Shown here one piece after another: positions 9,744-18,178 of a stretch of 64,000 bases of DNA. The translations under genes were made by a program, and so were the position numbers. Where the stretch lies: the NCBI GenBank assembly GCA_964440115.1, contig CAYTPV010000001.1, positions 275,792-339,791 on the forward strand, read 5' to 3'. Source of the stretch: an uncultured Oscillospiraceae bacterium (GTDB lineage: Bacteria; Bacillota; Clostridia; Christensenellales; CAG-138). A model generated the notes under the pieces. The model was not told the DNA's origin and ran no database searches. It was given only the letters and a program-made list of their open reading frames with translations. How positions within the stretch are numbered: position 1 is the stretch's first letter; every line of letters begins with the position of its first letter.

Positions 9744-11456
9744 TCATGCGTCCAGTGCCCGCATGATTTTACTGATTGCATTGTTCAGACGCACCTGCGA
9801 TACGCCGTAAGCGCCGCACAGCTGCGCCTTGGTAACTTCTTCGTTGCGGTTGCGGCAGGCGATGTATTCCACGGCCGCTGCCAGCGCATATACCTGCTGC
9901 TCCCGCAGCTGCGGCAGGTTGGAACCGGCCGCCTTCATAAACTTCTGAAACACATCGACGGCTTCCATGATACAGGCGCCCGAGCGGATATCGCGCATGG
10001 TTTCCATTGCGATTTCAAGAACGCGCTGGTAGCCGTTGGGCATGGTACCCTTGGAAATGGTGCGCATGCTCACGCGGCTTTGCACCAGACGGCCGTCCAG
10101 ATACGCGATATAGGGTTCCTGCGCGTTCATATGCTTGAGCATGGCGAATACATCCTGCTTGACTGTATCCGGCTGGGTTTGATCCAGTTGGAAATGCCGC
10201 AGTACGCGTTCCGCCTCACGGTCCCCAAACCCCGCTATAATCGAAAGCACAGCGCGTTTGGCCGCAGGTTCCGGTAAACGCAAACTCCAGCACAGCAGCG
10301 CGCGAAAATGCTCATCCTGCTGCCAGCGCTGTTTGAGCATTTCACGCGGCTGCCGGCTCGCTTCGTTGATCGCACGCACGCGGCGCAGCACCTCGAGATA
10401 CGGCACCTGATAGTGATACAGCCAATCGATATTCTCCGGCTTGCCATCCGCAGCGCGGCGGCAAATGCGCCGGTAATAGCTCGCAATAGTATCCGTCGGG
10501 TCAATCTTGAGCAGACGGTCATAACAGGCGTGCGCCTGCGCGAACTGTCCCAGATGATATCTGCACACGCCCAATCGATGCATGGTGCCTTCGTCATAAG
10601 GAAACGCGATCTGCAGCTTTTTCAGAACGGCCAGCGCATCCTGCATGCGGTCCATTTCCATGTATACGACGGCCATACGGTTCCAATCCTGCGGGTCTTC
10701 CGTATCGGCCTTTTTCAGAAACTCCAGTTCGCGCTGTACACCGGCTTCGTCCTTAGCGGCATGCAGGAACAGCAGCATATTGCAGTGGGCCTGCACATCA
10801 TCCGGCGCTTCCTCCAATACGGAACGTATCGTTTCCATCGCTCGCTTGAAATCCTTTTTGCAGAAATAAGCGAGCGCCAGGTTGCTTCTTACAAACAGCA
10901 TTTCCGGCTGTTTTTTTGCTTCTTCACTCAGCAGTTTTACTGCGTCGTCCATTCGCCCGATTTCGAGCATCTGGCGTCCGCGCGCACAGGCGTTGAGCGC
11001 TTCCCTTTCTTCGGGTTCCTGCACGCCGGGCATGCTGTAAAGCATGTGTTCATCTTCTATCACGTCGAGCATATCCAGCGCGTCGGCCACAAACTCACCA
11101 TCCGGGTCCAGCGCAAGATAGCTTTCCAGGCTGTCGTGGGCATGCGAAAATTCCTGCAGTCCCAGAAAGTTGCAGGCTATGCCGAAAAAACACTCGGCGG
11201 GACTTTCGTTGAGCGAAAGCAACGGAAACAGCAACCGGTTGCTTTGTTCATAGCGGCGCATTTCCGTAAGCACCTCCGCTATGGCAAGCTGTACTTCCAC
11301 ATTTTCGGGATCCCGGCGCTGCGCTTGATGGTAATAGCTGATGGCCTCCAGAAGATCGTTCCTGTCCAGCCGCTCAGACCCGCGCTTGAGAAAAAACGCG
11401 CCATCCCGCTCGAACGGTATAATCCTGCCTATGCGTTTGTTTTTGTTATCCTGCAT
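9744..11456 (-). CDS. TPR-repeat protein
   Basis: Multiple 34-aa TPR-like helical repeats (e.g. AISYYHQAQRRDPENVEVQLAIAEVL). No catalytic motif. Confidence 0.6.
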   Translation of the reverse strand: MQDNKNKRIGRIIPFERDGAFFLKRGSERLDRNDLLEAISYYHQAQRRDPENVEVQLAIAEVLTEMRRYEQSNRLLFPLLSLNESPAECFFGIACNFLGLQEFSHAHDSLESYLALDPDGEFVADALDMLDVIEDEHMLYSMPGVQEPEEREALNACARGRQMLEIGRMDDAVKLLSEEAKKQPEMLFVRSNLALAYFCKKDFKRAMETIRSVLEEAPDDVQAHCNMLLFLHAAKDEAGVQRELEFLKKADTEDPQDWNRMAVVYMEMDRMQDALAVLKKLQIAFPYDEGTMHRLGVCRYHLGQFAQAHACYDRLLKIDPTDTIASYYRRICRRAADGKPENIDWLYHYQVPYLEVLRRVRAINEASRQPREMLKQRWQQDEHFRALLCWSLRLPEPAAKRAVLSIIAGFGDREAERVLRHFQLDQTQPDTVKQDVFAMLKHMNAQEPYIAYLDGRLVQSRVSMRTISKGTMPNGYQRVLEIAMETMRDIRSGACIMEAVDVFQKFMKAAGSNLPQLREQQVYALAAAVEYIACRNRNEEVTKAQLCGAYGVSQVRLNNAISKIMRALDA

Positions 11457-11484
11457 CCATCTACTCCCATAAAACAGACCATGT

Positions 11485-12396
11485 TCAGGAACCGGCCGTC
11501 CCGCTCGCTTCCGCGAGCAATGCTTTGAGATCCGCGCCTGTAAAGTCGTACGTCTGATTGCAGAACTGACAGGTCAGCTCCGCACCGCCGTCACGCTCTA
11601 TCATATCCGTCAATTCCTCACGCCCAAGCGCGATGAGCGCTCGTTCCGTACGCGTCCGGCTGCAGTCGCACCGCCAATATGGCGTTAACGAACCGACAAA
11701 CTCCGGCTTCATATGTGCAAACAGCGCATCCAGCGCATCCTCGAGCGACACGCCCTGTTCAAGCTGCTGCGTCATTTCACTAATAAACGACGCACAGATC
11801 TGAATATCCTCGATATCCTCCTCGGGACATCCGGGCAGAGGCTGCGCGATCAGCCCTCCCGCCGCCAGCACAGTCCCTTCGGAGGGATCGATGCGCACGC
11901 CAAGATACACGAGGCTGGGCTGCTGTTCGCTAATGAGGAAATACTGCGCAAAATCCTCCGCAATTTCACCTGAAACGATATCACAGCCACCCACATAAGG
12001 CTCCCGCAGGGAAAGATCCCGCACTACCGTAAGGTTGCCTGTTCTGCCCACTGCTCCCGCGACATCCAGCTTTCCTTGCGCCGTAAGCGGCAGTTCCACA
12101 GTGGGGTTTGCGACATATCCCTTTACCAGTGCGCCGTATCGGCCGGTGCACACCAGATTTCCGGCGGGGCCATCCCCGCGCAGTATGGTGGTCAGGCTTT
12201 CATCTTCGTGTTTGAGCTGGGAGGCCATCATGGCCGTCGCCATCAGCTGTCTCCCGAGCGCCGCTGTACATACACGAGACAGGGAATGCACACGCCGCGC
12301 TTCCTCCACCATATTCTTGCCGGAGATACCAATTACCCGAACGCTGCCCCCCCGGAGCAATACCTGCACTAAACGATCTTCATTCATTTGATACAC
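11485..12396 (-). CDS. hslO: Hsp33 redox-regulated chaperonin
   Basis: Hsp33 fold with the C-terminal zinc centre CxC...CxxC (YWRCDCSRT...CQFCN). Confidence 0.85.
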   Translation of the reverse strand: MYQMNEDRLVQVLLRGGSVRVIGISGKNMVEEARRVHSLSRVCTAALGRQLMATAMMASQLKHEDESLTTILRGDGPAGNLVCTGRYGALVKGYVANPTVELPLTAQGKLDVAGAVGRTGNLTVVRDLSLREPYVGGCDIVSGEIAEDFAQYFLISEQQPSLVYLGVRIDPSEGTVLAAGGLIAQPLPGCPEEDIEDIQICASFISEMTQQLEQGVSLEDALDALFAHMKPEFVGSLTPYWRCDCSRTRTERALIALGREELTDMIERDGGAELTCQFCNQTYDFTGADLKALLAEASGTAGS

Positions 12397-12460
12397 ATTT
12401 CTCTTCCTATATAAACAATATTGTCCTCAGGCTTTATGAATACCACGAAAACCCCTTGGA

Positions 12461-13204
12461 CTATGTCCGTATTGCTGTAAATTGTATGCGCTGCGCATCA
12501 GGCGCGGGCTCATCTTTTGTGAGGGCCTCGTATATTGCAATTTGCTCAAATCCTGCCGATGCAAGCGCGTTGTTTAGTTCCTTTACGGAATGTGCCCGTT
12601 GTACGTGCCGTTCGTCAAAACGCTCGTACAGTCTTCCTTCCTTAACAAAAAATGCAAGCTCCATTTCACACAGGCGGGTTTGCGCATCGTACCGGTTGCG
12701 CCAGAGATACGCGCAATCTTCTTCCGCCTCGCCAAATGTGTTCCCGCCCAGCACATGTTCGAGCTTATAGTCCGAGCTGACGTCAAATAGCAGCATGCCG
12801 CCAGGTTTAAGCGCGGAAGCTGCTGAAGCAAAAAACGCGCGCACATCCTTCATATTTGTCAGATAGTTCACACCGTCGCACGCGCAGAGTATTGCGTCCA
12901 CAGGCTTATGCACCATAAGGCTGCGCATATCCTGACACACAAACGGTATGGAAAACCCCTGCATGCGCGCCTTTTGCTGTGCTTCGCGCAGCATATCCGG
13001 CGAAACGTCGACGCCCGTTACCACATATCCTTCCCTGGCAAGGCGAATAGCAAACTCGCCCGTACCGCACGCGCAGTCGAGCACTGTTCGCACGCCATCC
13101 CGTTCACTAAGCAACGATATCAGATACGCCGCCCATGCGGCATAATCCACATCTTGCATCAGCGTGTCGTATACGGCAGCAAATCTACCATAGCTTTCGT
13201 CCAT
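12461..13204 (-). CDS. Class I SAM-dependent methyltransferase
   Basis: Motif I VLDCACGTGEF and following Rossmann motifs. Start chosen at MDESYG, which has an AGGGAGG RBS; the track's upstream ATG has no RBS. Confidence 0.7.
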   Translation of the reverse strand: MDESYGRFAAVYDTLMQDVDYAAWAAYLISLLSERDGVRTVLDCACGTGEFAIRLAREGYVVTGVDVSPDMLREAQQKARMQGFSIPFVCQDMRSLMVHKPVDAILCACDGVNYLTNMKDVRAFFASAASALKPGGMLLFDVSSDYKLEHVLGGNTFGEAEEDCAYLWRNRYDAQTRLCEMELAFFVKEGRLYERFDERHVQRAHSVKELNNALASAGFEQIAIYEALTKDEPAPDAQRIQFTAIRT

Positions 13205-13332
13205 GCATCCTCCCTGCAAAAGCCTCCCCATATTTTACACCGTTTACGGCGCGGGCGCAATGCCGGGCGGTTTTAGCCTCAGGGGTACGGCCATTTCTCA
13301 AAGTTCGAAGCCGTTTTACGGACTGGATTTCA

Positions 13333-13361
13333 TTGACTTTGCTCTGTCGCTATGCTATACT
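13333..13361 (+). promoter_or_regulatory. Sigma-A-type promoter upstream of asd
   Basis: TTGACT, 17-nt spacer, TATACT, about 65 nt before the asd ATG. Confidence 0.5.
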
Positions 13362-13427
13362 TTCCCCCAATCGTATATGCGCGTATTCTTATACACACAT
13401 ATACAATAGAATAGGAGGATCCGTCCC

Positions 13428-14438
13428 ATGAAGCAGTACAACGTCGCGGTCGTCGGCGCGACCGGAATGGTCGGCCGTAAATTCCTGCAAGTGCTAGAAG
13501 AGCGCAAGCTTCCCGTTGCGAACTATTATCTGTTCGCCTCCAAGCGCAGCGCCGGCACTACTTTGCCCTTTATGGGCGAGACTTACACCGTGCGGGAACT
13601 GACCGAGACTTGCTTTGACGGCCTCAACATCGACATCGCATTGTTCTCCGCCGGAGCAGGCACATCCTTGCAGTTTGCACCCGTAGCCGCACGGTACGGA
13701 GCCGTAGCCATCGATAACTCCAGCTGCTGGCGCATGGACCCGCAGGTTCCTCTGGTGGTGCCTGAAGTTAATGCGGATGCAATCCCGCAATACAAAAACA
13801 AAGGCATTATCGCCAACCCCAACTGCTCGACCATACAGGCCGTAGTGGCATTAAAGCCGCTAGCAGATAAATATGGTCTTAAGCGCGTGGTATATTCCAC
13901 CTATCAGGCGGTTTCCGGCGCAGGTCTGCAGGGATATATGGATCTTGAAGAAGGTCTGAAGGGACAGCCGCCCAAAAAGTTCCCGCATCCCATCGCGGGC
14001 AATGTGCTGCCGCAGATCGACGTGTTCCTGGATACCGGCTATACCAAAGAGGAACAGAAAATGATCGACGAGACCCGCAAGATACTCTCTCTGCCCAGCC
14101 TGCCCGTCACTGCAACGACGGTGCGCGTGCCCGTTTACCACGGACACAGCGAGAGCATCAATATAGAGCTGAACCGTGCTTTTGACATCGATGAACTGCG
14201 CGATTCACTGCGCAGCGCACCCGGGCTTGTCGTTATGGACGATCCCGCCAAGGGCGTTTATCCCATGCCCGTACAGGCGGAAGATACCGATCCCGTATAC
14301 GTCGGCCGTATCCGCCGCGATTTTTCCGTGGAAAATGGCGTTAACCTCTGGTGCGTAGCGGACAATATTCGCAAAGGCGCCGCCACAAACGCCGTACAGA
14401 TTGCCGAAGAACTGATCCGTCAGTGGGAAAACGCATAA
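13428..14438 (+). CDS. asd: Aspartate-semialdehyde dehydrogenase
   Basis: NAD(P)-binding VAVVGATGMVG, active-site Cys motif NPNCSTIQ, and His motif HGHSE. RBS AGGAGG. Confidence 0.9.
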   Translation: MKQYNVAVVGATGMVGRKFLQVLEERKLPVANYYLFASKRSAGTTLPFMGETYTVRELTETCFDGLNIDIALFSAGAGTSLQFAPVAARYGAVAIDNSSCWRMDPQVPLVVPEVNADAIPQYKNKGIIANPNCSTIQAVVALKPLADKYGLKRVVYSTYQAVSGAGLQGYMDLEEGLKGQPPKKFPHPIAGNVLPQIDVFLDTGYTKEEQKMIDETRKILSLPSLPVTATTVRVPVYHGHSESINIELNRAFDIDELRDSLRSAPGLVVMDDPAKGVYPMPVQAEDTDPVYVGRIRRDFSVENGVNLWCVADNIRKGAATNAVQIAEELIRQWENA

Positions 14439-14476
14439 CTTACGCGCAACACCCTGACCACTACTGTTCATTAACC

Positions 14477-14507
14477 GGCGCAGAGGATTTCCTCTGCGCT
14501 ATTTTTA
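14477..14507 (+). terminator. Intrinsic terminator after asd
   Basis: GGCGCAGAGG-ATTT-CCTCTGCGC followed by TATTTTT. Confidence 0.7.
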
Positions 14508-14545
14508 AAAGATTCAGCCCAAACCGGCTGCTATAGGAGATTTGT

Positions 14546-15766
14546 ATGATCAAGGCAATTGTCAACGGCGCCTGCGGCCAAATGGGGCGCACCATCGCCC
14601 AGCTCCTGCAGGAAAACCCCAAGGAGTACCAGTTAATCGCGGGCATAAGCAAAACGGACTGCCCCGAAAACGGGCTTCCGCTGGTAAAGGATATCCGCTC
14701 AGTGCCCGCCGGTGCGGACATATTGTTCGACTTTTCTCACCCCAACGCGCTGCCCGCTCTGCTGGACTACTGCACCAATAACGGCGTAAGGCTGGTCATG
14801 GGCACGACAGGCCTTGGTGAGAGCGAACGGCAGATGCTGCAGAATGCATCCGTGAAAATCCCCATATTCTACAGCGGAAATATGTCCATAGGCGTAAGCC
14901 TGCAGATTGAGCTGATCAAAAAGGCCGCGACACTGCTGGGCGAGGAATTTGACATCGAGATTACGGAAAAACACCACCGAAAGAAGGTGGATTCTCCTAG
15001 CGGAACGGCACTGATGCTCGCAAACGCCCTCAACGACAAGCTATCCGAACCCCGTCAGCATGTGTACGGCCGCCATTGCACGGACTGCCGCCGAATGAAA
15101 AACGAAATCGGCATTCATGCCATACGCGGCGGGACCATAACCGGGGAACACGATGTGGAATTCTTCGGCACGGATGAAACCATATCCATCAGCCACAAAG
15201 CCTACTCACGCCGTATATTCGCACTCGGCGCGCTGCGTGCCGGTCAGTTTTTGATGCACCAACAGCCCGGCTTATACGATATGCGTGACCTGCTCTCTTC
15301 AAGAGAAGCCCTTTCCCGCCTGTATACGGAAGACGGTCAGGCTGTAATCACCGTAAGCTCGCTGCCGCATAAGCCCGAGACTCTTGGCGCGGTATTCGGC
15401 GCAATTGCCGGTGCCGGCGTGTTTGTGGATATGATCAGCATGACTGCCCCCTCCGGCATGGCAGGCGAGGTCAGTTTTTCCTTACCGCAGGAGCAGCTGC
15501 CGCAGGCGAAAACGGCCCTCAAGAGCCTTCGCCCGCGCTACATGGGAATGGATATTTATGCGCTGGAAAGCGTTACGAAGCTTACCATTGAAGACCCGCG
15601 CATGGCCCAAGAATACGGCATCGCAGGAAAGCTGTTCGCCGCTTTGGCGCAGGAAGGCGTTCGTATTGAGCTTGTGACCACCAGCGAAACAAAAATATCC
15701 TGCTGCGTGCGCAACGAAGAAGTCGCCGAAGCACTCGATGTGATCGCAAGGCAGTTTGACCTATAA
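14546..15766 (+). CDS. dapB: 4-hydroxy-tetrahydrodipicolinate reductase fused to two C-terminal ACT domains
   Basis: The first ~250 aa are a typical DapB: NAD(P) motif VNGACGQMGR, catalytic EITEKHHRKKVDSPSGTA, and IRGG. The last ~150 aa form two ACT-like repeats resembling an aspartokinase regulatory domain. Confidence 0.75.
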   Translation: MIKAIVNGACGQMGRTIAQLLQENPKEYQLIAGISKTDCPENGLPLVKDIRSVPAGADILFDFSHPNALPALLDYCTNNGVRLVMGTTGLGESERQMLQNASVKIPIFYSGNMSIGVSLQIELIKKAATLLGEEFDIEITEKHHRKKVDSPSGTALMLANALNDKLSEPRQHVYGRHCTDCRRMKNEIGIHAIRGGTITGEHDVEFFGTDETISISHKAYSRRIFALGALRAGQFLMHQQPGLYDMRDLLSSREALSRLYTEDGQAVITVSSLPHKPETLGAVFGAIAGAGVFVDMISMTAPSGMAGEVSFSLPQEQLPQAKTALKSLRPRYMGMDIYALESVTKLTIEDPRMAQEYGIAGKLFAALAQEGVRIELVTTSETKISCCVRNEEVAEALDVIARQFDL

Positions 15767-15814
15767 ATACGACAAATAAGGCATCCACATATGTTTATAT
15801 TTTCTTAAGGTATC

Positions 15815-15850
15815 GTCACCTGCGGCGGCGACGATAGATTATTTTATTTA
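15815..15850 (+). terminator. Intrinsic terminator after dapB
   Basis: ATCGTCACC...GGCGACGAT hairpin followed by AGATTATTTTATTT. Confidence 0.5.
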
Positions 15851-16042
15851 ATAGCGGGAGGGCTCCGCCCCCCGCGCCCCCTGAGTACGGGCGCTCTTAA
15901 GGAAGGGGGTTGGGGAAACGTAGCTTCCCCAAAGCAAGAAAATAATCGGCGCCGCTCTAAAGCGCCGATACCTTGGCCCCTTAAGTTGGTTTATCACAGC
16001 CTGAAACGGACGGGAGATATCCCCATCCGTTTTTAAGCAGTA

Positions 16043-17512
16043 TCATTCCATCCATACGGTTCTTGTCGATACCGCATCCACGAACGTGCGGTCATGCTCC
16101 ACAAACAGCATGGTTGGTGTGTATTTCTTAATGAGGTCTTCAATCTGCATGCGCGAGAGCACATCGATATAGTTGAGCGGCTCATCCCAAAGATACAGAT
16201 GCGCGCTTTCGCACAGGCTTTTTGCGATAAGCACTTTCTTCCGCTGGCCCATGGAATAGCTGCACATATCCTGTTCAAAATGCGCCCTCAAAAAATCCAG
16301 CTTGCGCAGTATGGTCAGAAAAAGACTCGCATCAATTTTGCTAAGGCGCGCGAATTCTATTACATCGCCTTGCAGGAACGATGTATCCTGCGGCACATAG
16401 GAAATGACAAATCCGCTCGCCAGCCGCAGTTCGCCGGTATGCGGAATATCCTCGCCCGCTAGCAGTTTGATGACGCTTGATTTCCCGCAGCCGTTTCTGC
16501 CCGAGAGCGCGACGCGCTCCCCCGTTTCCACACGGAGGTTCATGCCTTCAAACACAGGATTCTGCCCATACCGCACGCTCAGATTGCGTGCTTCGACGAT
16601 AGATCTTGCGTGGTGAAACAACGGCCGTACAATCAGCGGACTGTTGTATTCCACATCCTTGAGCAGCTGTTCTTTTTCTTCTATCGCGTTCTGCCGCCTG
16701 TTTTCGATCGCCTTAGCGCGCTTCATCATTTTTGCCGATTTATGGCCGATATACCCCCTGTCCGGCACCGCTTCGCCAAATTTGCTCGCTTCTACCTGAT
16801 CCGACCAGCCGGATGCGCGCCTTGCGGCTTCAGAAAGGCGGCGAATATCTGACGTAAGCTTTTCGTTTTCCGCGCGCTCAAAAGCCTCACGCTTTTCCCT
16901 TTCCAGTTGCCAGACAGAAAAGTTGCCTTTTGTCACCTCGAACCCGGTTTTATTGATGGCTAAAATATGGCCGCAGCAGCTATCCAAAAATGTCCTGTCA
17001 TGGGACACCAGCAGAAAACCGCGCTTGGAATTGAGGTACTGCCCCACGCGGGCGCGTCCCTCTGTGTCCAGATGGTTGGTCGGCTCATCTATGAGAAGAA
17101 ACCGTTCCTCCTTGGCAAATAGAGCTGCAAGCAGTGCTTTGGTGCGCTCCCCGCCGGAAAGCGTTCGGAACTCGCGCGTGAGCACTTCTTCATTTACACC
17201 CAGTTGGGACAGCTCCCTTCTGATCTGCCATTCCTCCGCCCAGCCCGAAGCGTGAGCAAGCACCGACATGGTTTCCTGAAAATCGTCAGGTACATCAAAC
17301 GGAAAATAGTCAAACTCCACCGAAGAAGAGATTGTCCCCTGATACGGGTATTCTCCCATCAGCAGCTTTAAAAAAGTTGTTTTTCCACGTCCGTTGCGGC
17401 CCACAAACCCCAGCTTCCAATCTGTATCTAAGCTGACGGAAATATTGGAGAAAACAGTCTGCGCGCTGCCATCGTATGAAAACGTGAGACCGCTCACTTT
17501 GATTTGAGACAT
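16043..17512 (-). CDS. ABC-F family ATPase, Lsa-like (probable ARE-type ribosomal protection protein)
   Basis: Two tandem ABC nucleotide-binding domains with no TM domain and an inter-domain linker. The N-terminal DTDWKLGFVGRNGRGKTT resembles the Lsa family. Start set at ATG 17512 (MSQIKV), which has an AGGAGG RBS. An attenuator-like leader lies upstream. Confidence 0.7.
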   Translation of the reverse strand: MSQIKVSGLTFSYDGSAQTVFSNISVSLDTDWKLGFVGRNGRGKTTFLKLLMGEYPYQGTISSSVEFDYFPFDVPDDFQETMSVLAHASGWAEEWQIRRELSQLGVNEEVLTREFRTLSGGERTKALLAALFAKEERFLLIDEPTNHLDTEGRARVGQYLNSKRGFLLVSHDRTFLDSCCGHILAINKTGFEVTKGNFSVWQLEREKREAFERAENEKLTSDIRRLSEAARRASGWSDQVEASKFGEAVPDRGYIGHKSAKMMKRAKAIENRRQNAIEEKEQLLKDVEYNSPLIVRPLFHHARSIVEARNLSVRYGQNPVFEGMNLRVETGERVALSGRNGCGKSSVIKLLAGEDIPHTGELRLASGFVISYVPQDTSFLQGDVIEFARLSKIDASLFLTILRKLDFLRAHFEQDMCSYSMGQRKKVLIAKSLCESAHLYLWDEPLNYIDVLSRMQIEDLIKKYTPTMLFVEHDRTFVDAVSTRTVWME

Positions 17513-17524
17513 AGGCACCTCCTG

Positions 17525-17563
17525 AAAAATAACACAAAAGCGGCGGGAAAGCGCCCCGCCGCT
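17525..17563 (-). terminator. Leader terminator immediately 5' of the ABC-F RBS
   Basis: On the minus strand: AGCGGCGGG-GCGCTTT-CCCGCCGCT followed by TTTGTGTTATTTTT, ending about 6 nt before AGGAGG. Confidence 0.6.
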
Positions 17564-17762
17564 TCAGACATACACAAAAGAATGCCTATAAGCATGATGG
17601 AATTCAGGATCGCTCGCTTTCCCGCATCGACATAAAAGCGCGGTGTAACCGCGCGGCAATGCCGTGCAAACATAATCGTTTAGCGGGAAACGAGGCGCAT
17701 CTTCTCAACTCCAGTCAATCTATCTTTCAATAAGTATAGACAGTCTCTCCATTCTCTGTCAA
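17564..17762 (-). promoter_or_regulatory. ABC-F leader region: promoter, 6-codon uORF, pause hairpin and antiterminator segment
   Basis: On the minus strand: TTGACA, 18-nt spacer, TATACT (plus coordinates 17757-17733). Then GGAG, 9 nt, ATG CGC CTC GTT TCC CGC TAA (uORF MRLVSR, 17700-17680). Then GCGCGG-TTACA-CCGCGC followed by TTTTAT. The segment GCGGGAAAGCG (plus 17615-17625) is complementary to the right arm of the leader terminator. Confidence 0.5.
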
Positions 17763-18107
17763 CCACAATGTTCATAAACCCCGTTAACAAATGCAAACGT
17801 TTTCACTGTACAATGTGATCATTAAACGAATTTACATTAGGAATCCCTAAAAAATAGCCTCATTTTTCTAATACAATTCTAATCTTTGAAGAAATGAAAT
17901 TAATCATTGACAAATATATCGATGAACAGTAATATAAAGAAAAGTTTTCTACAACGTAAACGTTTGCACACAATGTATTCATCGTAATGAAATCGCTTTA
18001 TAAACTGGTGCTATTACACACAGTCATATACGGGGCTGCAATGCCGAACACCTGATTTCTATATAACATCTTAGCCTTAACCAATGAACAACTATAAGCC
18101 ATCTTCC

Positions 18108-18120
18108 CAATCATTATCAT
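18108..18120 (+). promoter_or_regulatory. Candidate Fur-box-like element in the ABC importer promoter
   Basis: AATCATTATCATT equals the 3' half of the GATAATGATAATCATTATC Fur consensus (GATAAT hexamer repeats). It overlaps TTGACG. Confidence 0.3.
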
Positions 18121-18178
18121 TGACGCCTGCTTAACTGCATTCCGCAGCCGAGGCGAGTATAAGGAGGAACGAAACAGA

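Noticed and set aside
13232-13427. Possible lysine riboswitch (L-box) upstream of asd/dapB.
   Set aside because: The leader between the predicted promoter and the ATG is only about 65 nt. No L-box core sequences were seen.
17564-17700. Longer 33-55-aa uORFs in the ABC-F leader (starting ATGTTTGCACGG… or ATGCTTATAGGC…).
   Set aside because: They have no Shine-Dalgarno sequence and run through the terminator into the ABC-F RBS. The 6-codon MRLVSR uORF, which does have an SD, is the more plausible leader peptide.
17900-18178. Possible TPP riboswitch upstream of the ABC importer (ACGGGGCTGC…CCTGAT resembles parts of the THI element).
   Set aside because: The conserved CUGAGA and ACCCUUUGAACCUGAUCUGGAUAAUGCCAGCG core is not present. 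Only short chance matches were found.
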